Origin: Camelus dromedarius | Lineage: Eukaryota | Reading direction: 5' to 3' | Assembly: GCF_036321535.1 (NCBI RefSeq) | Contig: NC_087437.1 | Coordinates: forward strand, 3,968,001-4,032,000 | Length of the DNA: 64,000 nt | In this document: positions 39,298-53,211 of the stretch, one piece after another | How the letters are laid out: every line of letters starts with the position of its first letter | How positions within the stretch are numbered: position 1 is the stretch's first letter | Translations under genes and position numbers: made by a program | The notes under the pieces: model-generated | Database searches by the model: none | What the model was told of the DNA's origin: nothing | Seen by the model: the letters and a program-made list of their open reading frames with translations, nothing else

Positions 39298-42100
39298 GGT
39301 CATTTAACCCTGGGTACTCGGTCTCCCGGGTGTCGGCTCCAGAGCGCTGTCTCTTCTTGGTCCTCGTGACTGTTCACTCTCTGCTCTGCACTCAACTCTG
39401 ACACCTAGCCCAGCAGCTTGCGTTTATCCAGTGTGTGTCATTTATTAAATGCATGGAAAGAGAGGAGTAAAAGGACTAAGCTGTTAAAAACATGCCCAAA
39501 ACTGGGCCTTTCCCACTAAAATAAACCTTCCAGCGTCTCCGTTACTGTGCGCGTACGAACCTCTGTAGGCACATGTACTTGTCATCCGCGTGCTGCGGAA
39601 GGATTTGTGGGGTTCCGGTTATTTCAGTTGGGACTTAGTCACACGAGTCTGTAAAACCCAACAAGTTGAACAATCTGAATCTCGGGAAAATACTTAAGAA
39701 ATGCTCCAAAACTTTTCTATAATGACTGAACCTTAGTAGAGTACACGACAGTTGGCGCTGCCTGTGATTCAGCACACCTACTGTTCCGACAGGTAGACAG
39801 TGAAACTGTCGGGGGCCCGTCAGGAAGGGCCAGCCGGCGTGCTGGACGCCGATGGGCCGCGAGCTCGGACAGCCGCGGCACTGCGGCGGTGACGCGGGGT
39901 GTCTCGGGGCATTAGCTCTGTATCGCGTACAGCCTGCTAGGACCACACTTAGGACATTTCCAGCTCCCGAGTCAGTCTGCAGAGGTTGGGGGAAATCTTT
40001 TTGAGACATAAACTGTTAAGCTGAAGTGGCCCTGAGCCTGGAACCCTGAGAGAATCCACAGGACAGGTAAACGTGGGAGGGGCCAGCGGAGGTATGAGCG
40101 TTCCCTGCTTCTGACCAACCCTTCTCCCCGCAAAAAGACCCCTCCCTTAAAGAGAGGCCACGTGGCTGAATCATTACATTACACTCAGCTGCCATGGTGA
40201 GTTGCATCTCTTTTTGACATCTGCTGGTTCTTTTTAACAGGCTTGATTCCTACTTCAGTGCAGAGATAAGAGAAATGTCCTTTGAAGTGAATTTACATTC
40301 TGCATCAAGAAGCATCCTCGCTTATTTGTGTGATTTTTGGTTTAAATAGGGTTTCATTTAATTTACACCCAACTTTTGGTGCTGTCCCCGTTAAGAAAAA
40401 GAGAGCAATCATGGAAAATGCTAATATTAGGTATTAATTTTTCTAAAAGGAACTTAATATTCATACTGTGCATCAGACCCCTGAAAAGATAGCCGAGAAT
40501 GCTAACACAGTCTCAGTCACCGAGGGGGTACGTGTGTGGTGTGCTTTACTTACCAACGCAGGAAAAAGAGACAAATAACTTTAAAAGGATGTCCCACAAT
40601 AAACAAGGAATTTTTGCTTAAAGTTAACCAGAAAAACCCTCGTTATTCAATACCTCTTAAACATTGCTCATCAGTTTTCCTGTCCTGGAAACCATTTTCC
40701 CTGACCCCCTAAACACCACTTAGGATACGTGAAGGACCCTGATGTGCTTTGCTCTTCCTGCCTGAGCATGGACGTGACCCGACTCCTTGCGCTCTGGAGA
40801 CACTGGGAGCGGTTTCTGAGGAGTGGCCTGAGCAAGGATGGCGAAGCAGTTGACAGAAGCACTGCAGGCGGCCTTCTTTCCCAGGTTGCAGGGAGAGCAG
40901 CATAGGAAAGGAAGTCAGACGATACCTGCTGGTCTCTAGTGTCAGTAACCGCGTGCCCCTCGCATCCTAGCAGGGCCGCTGCTGCCCGCCGTGGCGCCGG
41001 TGCCTGGGCTGGGGGTGGGGGCTCTGTGTCTAAGCCATGCTACCTTGGTGTGCAGCTGTTGACAACATCAGCCACGCCATCAGGTTAAGATGAGCTGCGT
41101 GACCGGGACAGGCCTGAGGAGTGAGGGAGCAGAGATGCACCTGGAAGCCCCACCCTGCTCTCACGCATTCTGACCTCCCACTGCTCTGTGGCCCCGTAAG
41201 GGTCTGTAGATTCTAACGTGAGCACCTTTCTCTCTCCAGACTCACTGTGCGTTGAAGCCTCTTCCTTGAGCTCTGCCCGTGCTGTTGGGTGCTGCTTCCT
41301 CTCGATTAAAGAGCTAGCTGACGGGTAAACTCAGAGCTTCACCCGCAACACACTGTGTCTTTACCCTTCTGAAAAGCACATGGATTAGTTAAAAAAAAAA
41401 AAAAAAAAACAACAATAATGAGAAAGAATAAAGTCTCAAAATGGCCAGGCAGGAGGCTCTATGTACTTTGTGTTTCTCAGTGAGGGAGGAGGACTTGGAG
41501 CCGGGGAGAAGCACCTGCTTCTCACCTGTGCAAGTGAACAACTGCAGAAGGTGAAGGAAAGCTTCCAGCACAAGCCCATTGGAGGTCTGGTCAGTCCAGA
41601 CAGAGACACAGGTGTGTTCAAGTGGAACTGTCTTGGAAGGTCTAGTTTTCAAAATTATGACATAGAAACAGCATCGATTTCTACAGTTAAGGTTGGGATC
41701 TCCCGAAACATTAGCCTTTGGTTAAACCCATGTGCATCAACCAGTCCTAAGCTGAACAGGAAGGCTTGGTTTGCAGAAAGGGAACAGGACAGGTCAAAAG
41801 CATTAGCACTGGCCCGTGTACACACACACACACACACACTCTGCAACATTTACCTTCAAACATAACCTCCATTAGACTTTTCAAAACACCTCTTTCATTC
41901 TTCCATTCTTTAATGATAACAGCTCTTGAACATATCAGTCAGTGCCGGGATGATCAGGAAGGGTCACATAAATGGACAAGGTATATACCTCAGTACCAGT
42001 GAGTGCAACCTGACAGCTGCCCGATGACCCACCACGTGTTTGGCCCTCCGGATTCAGGCAGGTGCCCAGACAGGAGCTGCCCGTCGTCGTGGTGGCAGAT

Positions 42101-42359
42101 TTAGTTCTCTGCGTCCAGAGTCTCAGCGTGCTTCCTGAGGCCAAGTTCTTCTGTTCGAGCACTTCCTTTATCATGTGGTCTGGGAGCAGTTTTTACCACC
42201 CTTCTTCCATATTTAAAGGTATGAGATGTGTTTCTGGTAAAAACAGTATCATCTCTGCTGCCTCTTACTAATCTTGGAAAGTATTTTTTATATTGAAAGA
42301 ATTTTGCCTTCTGCAGTGCATCTTCTTTGAGGGTAGCTTTATGTGGTCCAGGAAGAAAG
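42101..42359 (-). CDS. COL6A6: COL6A6 terminal coding exon (unique C-terminal tail and stop)
   Basis: Minus-strand ttcactgtctag|C. Encodes (S)FLPGPHKATLKEDALQKAKFFQYKKY...TSHTFKYGRR...PRPHD...LDAEN-TAA. Similar to the recalled human COL6A6 tail and in phase with the upstream exon. Confidence 0.9.
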
Positions 42360-43157
42360 CTAGACAGTGAAAGAAGAGAGACGTCATGGAAGGCAGATGC
42401 CACATCAGCTGTAACAGACTCTGCTCCTCTGCCTTTCTCCCCAAAATCCCCGGTTGCAGCCTTCCTTCGGGGTAAGTTCATTAGGATGATTCATTTTGGG
42501 GCTGACACTGAGTAGGTATATTAGAAGCTGATTTAAAAGATACCTTATGCAAAAGTAATTCTAAAGTTTCTTTGTGGAGTCTGTTCCACCCAGAATTTCA
42601 CATGGTTGGTCCTGATTATTCAGATTTTGGTTCAAACGGCACCTCGTCTGTGACCACCACATGTATAGTTTTCCCAGCCCCGCTCTCACGTCCAGTCACT
42701 CCACACAACATGCTCTTATTTTTTCCCTTACACTTACCACTATCTGAATTTGTATTTATGGGTAAACTTCTTTGTGATTTGTTCCCTACTCTTACACCAT
42801 CCCAGACAGAAAGCTAAGTTTCACAAGACCATGTCTGGTCACCGTAGTAATCCCAGGGACCTGGAAGTGCTGAGCACGTGGGAGACAAGTGTTTGATGGA
42901 AGCATGACTGAATGCCGCCTCCTTCCTCCCCATCCATCCATCCATCCGTCAGTCATCCAGATGTTTATGCTCTGTGGGAGGCACTGTCTTAGGTGCAGTG
43001 GGGACACAGAAATAGCGCTTACTGTGGCAGGGGACACAAGGAATTTGGGGGTCAACAGTAGCCCAGCCATGAAGGAGGGCTGGGGTCAGAGTCCAGGGGG
43101 CCTTGAGTGCCAGACTGACAAGTCAGGGGATCAGAAGTCACATGCTGACCAGAGGTT

Positions 43158-43339
43158 CTAGCCTGTCCAATAAAACCTTCTGTGCCAATGGAGGTGTCCT
43201 GTGATCTGCACCGGCCAGCGTGGCAGCCATTAGCCACATGTGGCTGTCAGGCCCTTGAAATGTGGTTAGTGTGACTGAGGAACTGAATTTTTAGTCTCAT
43301 TTAGCCGAAAGCTGGTGGCTACTGTCTTGGCCAGCACAG
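43158..43339. mobile_element. MER3-like hAT-Charlie element
   Basis: ctgtccaata...agccattagccacatgtggct...tgaaatgtggttagtgtgactgaggaactgaatttt. Confidence 0.7.
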
Positions 43340-43899
43340 AAAGGGAGCCATTCCAGACAAGCGTGTCTCACAGGGAGGCAGTGGCAAGAGCTCTGGGCCC
43401 TAGAACGTTCTTATATTCTAGGTCCTCTGCTTACTAGCTGAGCAGCTCTGAGCAGATCATGTCGCCAGAGGGATCCTTGTTTCTTCACGTGTAAAATGAG
43501 GATGAACACGACCAATGTTGTCCACAAGAATCAAGGTCCCCTAGACTAGTCAACACTGGTCACACCATGTTTCAAGGGCTCTGTGGGTTATAGTTGAGAA
43601 GACAAGTGCACATGGGGGTGGAGAATGACAGAGCCAGGACCCCAGCCCAGCTCTTCTGATGGTGAGTCCAGTGTTCCTCCCACTGAACTGGGCTCTTATT
43701 TAGGACACCGTGAAGAACTATGAAAACACATGGAGTAAGAAAGTGAAGTGATACATGGCAGGCTGTCAGAAGCACCTGGATACAGGTGCAGAACCACAGG
43801 AAGGCAGACGGCCGGGGCGGAAGCTAAGAAGCTGTGTGGAGCCTGGCCCGTCGGCACCTCAAACATTTTTAGAATAAGCAGCCCTAAGAGGGAAGTGTA

Positions 43900-46800
43900 T
43901 AGCGGTACGCACTTGCCTCAGGAAACAAGAAATATCTCAGACAACCTAACCCCTACACCTAAAGTAACCAGAGAAAGAACAAACAAAACCCAAGGGTAGT
44001 AGAAGAAAAGAAATCAAAGTTTAGAGCAGAAACATAGACTAAAAAAATGGAAAAGATCGATGAAACTAAAAGCTGGTTCTTTGAAAAGATAAACAAAATT
44101 GATCATCTTTTAGCCAGACTCAACAAGGGGAAGAAAAAAAAAGGCCCAAATCAATAAAATCAGAAATGAAAAGAAGAAGTTACAACCAACACCACAGAAA
44201 TACAAAGGATCATAAGAGGCTACTGTGAGCGCCTGTATGCCAATAAAATGGTCAGTCTAGAAGAAATGCACAAATTCTTAGGAAGGCACAATCTCCCAAG
44301 ACTGCATCAGGAAGAAACAGAAAATAGGAACCGATCTATGTTTTGTAGTGGAAATTCTTTTCCTATGATGGAAAAGAATCTGAAAAGGAATACACATATG
44401 TATATGTACGACTGAAACATGACGCTGTGCACCAGAAACGGACACAGCACTGTGAACTGCTACGCTTCCGTGAAAAAACAGAAAAGAAGAAAATATGAAT
44501 AGACCAGTTACCAGCACTGAAATGGAATCAGTAATTAAAAAACGCCCAACAAACCAAAGTCCAGGGCCAGATGGCTTCACAGGCAAATTCACCAAACATT
44601 TCCTTCTGAAACTTCCAAAATATTGTGGAGGAAGGAACACTTTCGAACTCATTCTAGGAAGCCATCATCACCCTGATATCAAAACCAGACAAAGATATTG
44701 CACACACACACAAAGAAAATTACAGGCCAATATCACTTATGAATATAGATGCAAAACTCCCCAACAAAATACTAGCACGCCGACTCCGACACTGCATAAA
44801 AAGGATCACACATCATGATCAAGTGGGACTTACCCCAGGGGTGCAGGGATTTTCCATATCCACAAACCAATCAGTGTGATACACCACATCAACAAATTCA
44901 GGAATAAAAACCATATGATCATTTCAATAGATGTAGGAAAAGCTTTTGATAAAATTCAACATTTATTTATGTTAAATACTCTCCAGAGGTGGGCACAGAG
45001 GGAACATACCTCAACATAATAAAGGCCACATATGACAAACCCACAGCTAACATACTCTGGTGAAAAGCTGAAAGCATTTCCTCTAGGATCAGGAACAAGA
45101 CAAGGCTGCCCACTCTCGCCACTTTTATTCAACATAGTTTGGGAAGCCCTGGCCACAGCAGTCAGGAAGAAATAGTAATAAAAGGCATCCAAATTGGAAA
45201 TGAAGAAGTAAAACTCACTGTTTGCATTTGACATGAAACTAGACATAGAAAATCCTAAAGATGCTACTAGAAAACTATTAGAGCTCATCAATGAATTTAG
45301 TAAAGTTTCAGGATCCTAAGTTAATATACAGAAATCTGTGGCATTTCTGTACACTAACAACAAAATACCAGAAAGAGAAATTAAGGACACAATCTCATTT
45401 ACTATCAAATTAAAAAAAAAAAAAACAACAAAAAGCTAGGAGTAAACCTACATAAGGAAGCAAAGGACCTGTACTCTGAAAACTATAAGACACTGATGAA
45501 AGAAACTGAAGATGACACAGATGGAAAGGTACACAGTGTTCTTAGACTGGAAGAATCAATATTGTTAAAATGGCCATACTGCCCAAGGCAATCTACAGAT
45601 TCAACGCAATCCCTATAAGTTTTTCACAGAACTGGAAGAAAAAAATTATTAAATTTGTAGGAACACAAAAGACCCCAGGTAGCCAAAGCAATCTTGAGAA
45701 AGAACGGAGCTGAAGGAATCACACTCCCTGACTTGAGACTCTATTACAAAGCTTCAGTAATCAAAACAATATGGTACTGGCCCCCAAACAGACACATAGA
45801 TCACTGGAACAGGATAGAAAGCCCAGAAATAAACCCACACACTTACAATCTACAACAAAGCAGGCAAGAATATACAATGGACAAAAGACAGTCTCTTTAA
45901 TAAGTGGTGCTGGGAAAACTGGACAGCTGCCTGTAAAAGCATGAAAATAGAACATTCTCTAACACCATACACAAACACAAGCACACACAAACCTCAAAAT
46001 GGATTAAAGACCTAAATGTAACACTGGATACTGTAGAACTCCTAGAGGAAACATAAGCAGAACACTCTTTGACATAAATTGCAGCTATTTATTTATTTAT
46101 TTACTTACTTACTTACTGATTTATTTATTTATTTAATCAACCCTTCTCCTAGAGTAATGGAAATAAAAGCAAAAATAAGCAAATGGGACCTAATTAAACT
46201 TAAAAGCTTTTGTACAGCAAAGGAAACAAAACGAAAAGACAACCTATGGAATGGGAGAAAATATTTGCAAATGATGAGACCGACAAGGGACTAATTTCCA
46301 AAATACACAGACAGCTCACAGTTTAATATCAAAAAAACAAACAACCCAATCAAAAAATGGACAGAAGACTTAAACAGACATTTCTCTGAAGAAGATATAT
46401 AGATGGGCAACAGGCACATGCAAAGATGCTCAATATCACTAATTATCAGAGAAATACAAATCAAAAGACTACAATGAGGTGTCACCTCACACCAGTCAGA
46501 ACGACCATTATCAAAAGGCTACAAATAATAAATGCTGGAGAGGGTGCAGAGAAAAGAGAACTCTACACTGTTGGTGGGAATATAGTTAGGTGCAGCCACG
46601 GTGGAGAACAGTATGGAGCATCCTTTTAAAAACTAAAAATAAACTTCCCCTGTGATCCAGCAATCCCACTCCTGGGCATGTATCAGTGGAAACCCAAATT
46701 TGAAAAGATACATGCACCCCAATGTTCATAGCAGCACTATTTACAATAGCCAAGACATGGAAACAACCTAAATATCCATCAACAGATGACTGGATAAAGA

Positions 46801-47280
46801 AGTGGTATATATATACACAATGGAATATTACTCAGCCATAAAAAAATAAAAATCATGCCATTTGCAGCAACATAGATGGACCTGGAGATTATCACACTGA
46901 GGAAAGTTAACTCAGAGAGAAAAAACCAAAAATCATATCTTTTATATGGGAATCTAAAAAAATTGATACAAATGAACTTGTTTACAAACCAGAAATAGAC
47001 TTAAACAGACATAGAAAACAAAGTATGGTTACCAGAGGGAAAAGGGGTCAGGGAGAGGGATAAATTAGGAATTTGGGATTAACATACACACAACTATATA
47101 TAAAATAGATAAATAACATTGATCTACTGTATAGCACAGGGAATTATATTCAGTATCTTGTAATAAACGATAATGGAAAAGAATGTGAAAAGTATATATA
47201 TATATAATTGAATCACTTTACTGTATACTTGAAACTAACACAACATTATAAATCAACTATACGTCAATAAACTATAAATA
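43900..47280 (+). mobile_element. About 3.4-kb 5'-truncated L1 (ORF2 RT and C-terminal region plus 3' UTR), antisense to COL6A6
   Basis: Broken ORF2 peptides ([50 protein letters not shown]); ends aatcaactatacgtcaataaa. Confidence 0.92.
44357..44480 (+). mobile_element. Short L1 3' terminus nested within the larger L1
   Basis: gaaaagaatctgaaaagg...gactgaaacatgacgctgtgcaccagaaa interrupts ORF2, with agaaaata(g/t)gaa on both sides. Confidence 0.65.
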
Positions 47281-49082
47281 TACATATATGTATTTGAGGC
47301 AAAGGCATGTAAGCTCAGTGAAAATGACAGGGACTACGAGCAAGAAGGAATAAATGTTGTCAAGTATGGCATCAAACAGAAAAAAATTTTTTAGGATAAG
47401 TATGTGGGAGCCTGGTGGCACATGAGAAGAGGTTTATCAATAGGGAGAAGACCTCATAAATGAGCCGAATTGTGTCAAGGGAGGATTCAGGAGAACTCCA
47501 AAATGCTGAGACTAGGAGACCAGTGGCAGTGTTCTCCACGGTCCATCTCTGCATTTGGAGTTTTCTACTTTTACCAACTATAAATCCGATCTCTCTCACA
47601 AAACAGCCCAGTTTAGACAATGAATAAGTGAAAGACATAAAAAGAATTTTAAATCATTGTGCTTTCCTCTCTTTCTGCCTCTTTGTCTCTCTCTCACATG
47701 CCCACACATCGCACAGTCTTCTTCCATCTACCATGGGAGTTGGGGATGAGGGAGACATCAACCCAACAAGAACCCTGCCATTCACATTACACAGCCCCGG
47801 AGCCCCCATGCGTTGTATTCAACACGTCTGGGCTCCTGTCTGTGCTACTGGGGATGTACTAACTTGATCAACTCCTGCCGGTCACCAAGAACAGCCGCCA
47901 TGGCTGCATTTCACTGCAAACATCATTTCCCACACCCTCCCTCATTTTTGCTCCTCTCTATATTCTGTTAATTTCCAGACTAAATATGATGAATTCAAGG
48001 TCTCCAAAATCATAACTGTCTGTACGCACAGACCACAGCTCCACTGATGGCGGAGGGGACATTCTTTTGAGTCCATTTTCAAGGCTTGAGTTTCTTATTT
48101 ACTCTGGTCTTTCCCTCTACCCTCACTCTCCTTCCCTTTGCACTGGATTCTCTTTATAGTAAATTTAGTTATCTTTGTCATCTTCCTCCCTCTTTGTTAA
48201 GAAAAAGTTGTTAAATTGCTAACTGCTTCTACAGCATGGTATTGTTATTTAAAAATTTTTTTTTTATTCTAAAAAGGGTGGAACATGATAAATACCATAT
48301 CTCTGAATTTCCATTTTTTCCCTACTGTGCTGTATGTGGAGTTTGCACTGAGTAAGCACTGGGTAAGAATCATTTGATTACTGTGTTCGGGGATCACGTA
48401 GACACTCTGTCATTCGTTCTCTTGCTCGATACTGTTCAGATACTTCTTTGCTGATTGGGAATTTCAACCACAGGGAGTCAAAATAAAGCAAAAGGGATGA
48501 ACTACTGTCTTCATTTTGCAACTTGCGTCCAGCCCCAGTAAAGCTTGTGGAAAAAGTCGCGGCAGCCAGCTAAAATGAGGTGGGTGGGACTCGGTGCGGA
48601 TTTCAGTCCCCTGTGATCACGTTTCATCTCTGCAGAAATTCAGGAGCCAGCTGCGCTCTGCTCGCTGACGGGGTACAGAATGCCGACAAGACTGCTATTT
48701 CGAGAATGCTTTTTTATCTTAGTATGCGTTATGTGTGTCGAGCAAACATACTTTGGAAAGCAGAATGACGACAGATGTCTGACTCACTGGGCACTGGTGA
48801 CCGTGTCCACTTCTACGATTCCCTTGTTCTGGTTCTGGCCAGTCTCTGCCTTCAAGTCTGACACAGGTGCTTGCAGTCTGGCTGAAGCTACAGCAGGTGG
48901 CTTTCTGTCTCTGGACGTCTCTTGATCTCAGTGCTTGAGAGGCTGCCCTGCAGCCTCACCCTCAAGGGCCATCTGTCTGCCTGGCTGCGTGTGCTTCGGT
49001 TCAGTCCTTTTTTTTTTCCTCATCAGAGAACTAGCTTCAACCTGTGTTTCTCGGAGTCTCACAGCAGACGGATCTCATTCTT

Positions 49083-49201
49083 TTTTTTTTTCTTTAATTT
49101 TGTATTGATTTACAATGTTAGTTTCAGGTGTACAGCAAAGCAATCCAGTTATATATATATATATACATATATAATTTTTTTCTTTTCTTTTCAGATTCCT
49201 T
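49083..49201 (-). mobile_element. Short L1 3' terminus
   Basis: Poly-T followed by gatttacaatgttagtttcaggtgtacagcaaag; TCATTCTT is repeated on both sides. Confidence 0.7.
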
Positions 49202-49652
49202 TCATTCTTATGCATGTCATTCTGAGGCCATGGCAAGTCGTCTCTAGGGCCAGGCCTCCTGCTTCGCGGGCATTCAGCCCCCTGACCCTGAGTGCTCAGT
49301 TCTGCCCCTCTGCTCCTGAGGGCTCAGGCGGGCAGTGTCAGGGAAGCAGTGCTGTGGGCTGTTAGCTTGTATCATAGTCTCTGGTGAGTTAGAGAAGGCC
49401 CGCGGAGGCGCCTACAGCAGTGTGGATGTCACGTCTGAACTCCCACATCCCAGCCGTCTTGGGAAGTCTCCCCATTCCCAGACACAGGAGGACCTGAGTC
49501 TGCAGTGTATCTAGGGCATTGTGTAGGAGGGAGGGACACGGGGCAGGAGTGGTTTCTAAAAATGCCACCCCTGTGGTCACCCCAGCTACTTTGTAAAGTG
49601 TGGAGCACTGCACCTTTAAATGGGAAGCCCCTTCCCACGCTGCCAGACACCT

Positions 49653-49666
49653 GCAGCAGGGGGCGC
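49653..49666 (+). promoter_or_regulatory. Candidate CTCF site
   Basis: GCAGCAGGGGGCGC is a 13/14 match to the CTCF core CCAGCAGGGGGCGC and sits in a local CpG-rich patch. Motif evidence only. Confidence 0.4.
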
Positions 49667-50180
49667 CCGCTCTTCCCGGACTGACCGCCCAGGCCTGCTG
49701 AGACCGGGTTTCAGAAGCACTTGCTGCTGGACAGTTCCCCCGCCTCCCGGCAAGGTGAGGCGCGAGTCCAGGCAGAGGCTTCTCCCCGACCCCACGGCCC
49801 ACGGAAAGGCTCGCACTGCACAGTAAGTGGGTGTCTGCCTGAGTGTGGTTCCCAGGGGCTGGAGCACGTGTGTGTCAGCGCGGCATGGTTCACCACTGAA
49901 ACCAACTCTCTCTCCTTGCTACTTGATTCCAATTATTCCTTATTTCAAAAAATAATATTTCTATATGCAAAAGCCATAATATATGTATATTATTGTTTTA
50001 GAATAACTAACTTGCCTTTGTTGATGATACTTTTAAAAAATATTATAATTAAAAGATACTAAGTAAGTTCTGCTCTTATCCCGTTCTTTGGGTCTGTTCC
50101 ATTCTTTGGGTGTATTTTGTATTTTTTTCTTATGACATCTTAAGAGCAATGTATAGCTCATTAGCTTTTAGAGTGTTAAA

Positions 50181-50892
50181 AACTATGGAAAACCATACGG
50201 AGTTTCCTCAAAAAAGTAAAAATAGAACTACATGAGATCCAGCAACTCCACTTCTTGGTATTTGCCTGAAGAAAAGGAAAATGCTACTTTGAAAAAATAC
50301 ATGCACCCCTACGTTCACTGGAGCAGTATTTACAACAGCCAAGATATGGAAGAAACCTAAGTGTCTCTTGATAGATGACTGGATAAAGATGTGATACGTG
50401 TGTGTGTGTGTAACACACATATACATACATACAATGGAATATTACTCAGCCATAAAAAAGAATGAAATCTTGCCATTTATAACAATGTGGATGGACTTGG
50501 ATGGTATTATGCTAAGTTAAAGAACAAGTCAGACAGAGAAAGACAAATACCATATGATTTCACTTACCTGTGGAATCTAAAAAACAAAACAAATGAAAAA
50601 AAAATCAGAAACAGATTCACAGATACAGAGAACTGGTGGTTGCCAGAGAGGAGTGGGGAGTGATGGGCGAAATAGGTGAAGGAAATTAAGAGGCTCAAAC
50701 TTCCAGTTATAAAATAAGTCACAAGGAGGAAAATACACAGAATGAGGAATATAGTCAATAATGTAAAATTTTAAATAGAGACAGATGGTAGCTAGACTTA
50801 TCATGGTGACCATCTAGTAATGTGTATAAATGTCACATTGATATGTGGTGCACCTGAAACTAATGTGACATTGTATGCAAATTTAAAAAAAA
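50181..50892 (+). mobile_element. L1 3' end (older subfamily)
   Basis: ctatggaaaa...caatggaatattactcagccataaaaaagaatgaaatcttgccattt...cacctgaaactaat, then an A tail. Confidence 0.8.
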
Positions 50893-51837
50893 TCCCTAAT
50901 ATAAGAATTGAAATTATAAACTTCCCTGAACTATGAATTCCACAAGTTTTGACATGTAATATTTTAATTATTATACAGTTATAAGTATTTTTAAAGTTTT
51001 CATTATGATCTTTTGTCTCAATTATTTAGAAATGTGATTTTGATTTTAAAATGTATGGTCTTTAAAAATAGTTTGTAATAATTTCTACCTTAACTGCAAT
51101 ATGATCAATTTGGATTGTATGACACCAGTTCTTAAGAGATGTGTTAACTCTTGTTTTTTAAGTTAAAAATTGCACAATGAACAACTATAAACTCTCCACC
51201 CTCATTCAAACACCCTGTTGCATGTATTCAGAAGAATGTCTCATTTTTCTGTACAGGATTCTATAGAAGCCTATTAAATCAAGTCTGTTACGTATGATTA
51301 AATCTTTTATGTCTTTAAATTTTGTCAGCTCGATGTATCAGTATTTGGACTGATGTAACTGATGTACTGAAATTTCCAACACTGAAGACAGTTCCTTGGC
51401 AATTCCTCCTTTTTCAATTTCCACTTTGCACATTCTAAGGTTTATCTTACTACCCTCTTAAAAGTTTAGAATTGTTTTTGTAAACTGACAACTCAATAAA
51501 AAAAATGCTTAAAAAATTTTAGAATTGTCACATCTTTTTCATGAATTGAACACTTTATCATGTAGTGACCCTCCCTTATCCCTACAAAATGGTTTTATTT
51601 AAAAGCATATTTTATCTGATATTAATAAAGCTATTCCAGCTTTCTTTTTAAAATATTTGCCTGCTAGACTTTCTATTTTCCATAATTTTACCTTCAAATT
51701 TTCCATGTCTTTATTTTGTAGCCATGTCTCTAGAAAAGTTTTGGCTAGATTTTATTTTGTTTTCTTAAATCCATCCATCTCGAATTATAACTGGCATGCT
51801 TAGTCTGTATATATATATATAGTTTCCAAACCCTTTA

Positions 51838-52400
51838 ATTTTTATTTTTTATTGAAATATAGTTGATTTACAATGTTGTGTTAGTTTCAGGTGCATAATA
51901 GCAAAGTGATTCAGTTATATATAAGTGTGTGTATATATAATTGGTGTATATATGTAACTGATATGTATATATATGATTCTTTTCAGATTCTTTTCCACTA
52001 CAGGTTATTACAAGATGTTGAATATAGTTCCCTGTGCTATGTAGTAAGTCCTTGTTATTTACCTGTTTTATATACAGTAGTATGTATCTGCAAATCCCAA
52101 ACTCCCCCAATTTATCCCTCCCCACCCAACCACTTTCCCCTTTGGTAACCACAGTTTGTTTTCTATGTCTGTGAGTCTATTTCTAGTTTGTAAATAAGTT
52201 CCTTTGTATCTTCTTTTTAGATTCCACATATAAGTGATATCATATGATACTTGTCTTTCTCTCTTTGACGTTTCACTTAGTATGATCATCTCTGGGTCCA
52301 TCCATGTTGCTGCAAATGGCATTATTTCATTATTTTTTATGGCTGAGTAATATTCCAGTGTATATATTTATATATCTTATTTTCTTTATCCATTCATCTG
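51838..52400 (-). mobile_element. L1 3' fragment
   Basis: T tail followed by attgaaatatagttgatttacaatgttgtg; ORF 52068..52322 gives the ORF2 end MPFAATWMDPEMIILSE. Confidence 0.85.
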
Positions 52401-53211
52401 ACATCCATTAAGTTTTACAAGTTATCTTTTTCTTTTGAAAACTGTCAAATTCACAGAATATTTTAAAGAACAGAGAACCATGAACGTATACCTGTATACC
52501 TTTCACCTAGATGATTCTCCAGCTGTTACCATCTTACTACTTTGTGTGTGTACATACAAGCACATATATCTCTATATACACATATATACTTAATATATTT
52601 ACACACACACACCGTTCCACTCCCCTTTAGGAAACCGTCTGAAAGTAGGTTGCAGCCATTATACATGTGACTCTGAAATACTTCAGCACACCTCTCTCAA
52701 GAACAAAGACACTTACACAAACATGGTGCTACTGCCACACAGACGGAAATTCATGTGAATCAATAATACCAACCAACCTATTGTTCATACTCAAATGTCT
52801 CCAGTTATCACCCAAATGTCATCAGTATCAGCTCCTTTTTTCTTTTTTTCCTGATCTAGGAGCCATTATGTGTGGCTGTTGAGTCCCCGTGGTCTCTCCC
52901 ATTCTAGAACAGTCCCCGCATCCCTCTGCTGTTCATGCCACTGAAACCTAGGAAGGATATTCTACATTCTGGAACTGTCCCAGTGGTTTCCTCGTTATTA
53001 GACTTGGGTCAGACATTTCCAGCAAGAATCTCATGTGGGTGACGCTGTATCTGCCCTCAGGGGCACACGCTGTCAGATCTGGATTGTTACAGTGGGTACC
53101 GCCAGACCTCGCCCTGTAAAGGTTTTATCCAAATAGGACAGCGAAGAGGGAGAAGAGGAGGAGGGAGAGGGCAGCACATTCATCTTTCAGGTAATACCAA
53201 GCAGGCGGTAC

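Noticed and set aside
39085..39401. Cys/Val-rich or Thr/His-rich ORFs
   Set aside because: They are translations of the TG microsatellite.
43900..47280. Active or intact L1
   Set aside because: 5'-truncated, with ORF2 broken by many stops, frameshifts and a nested insert.
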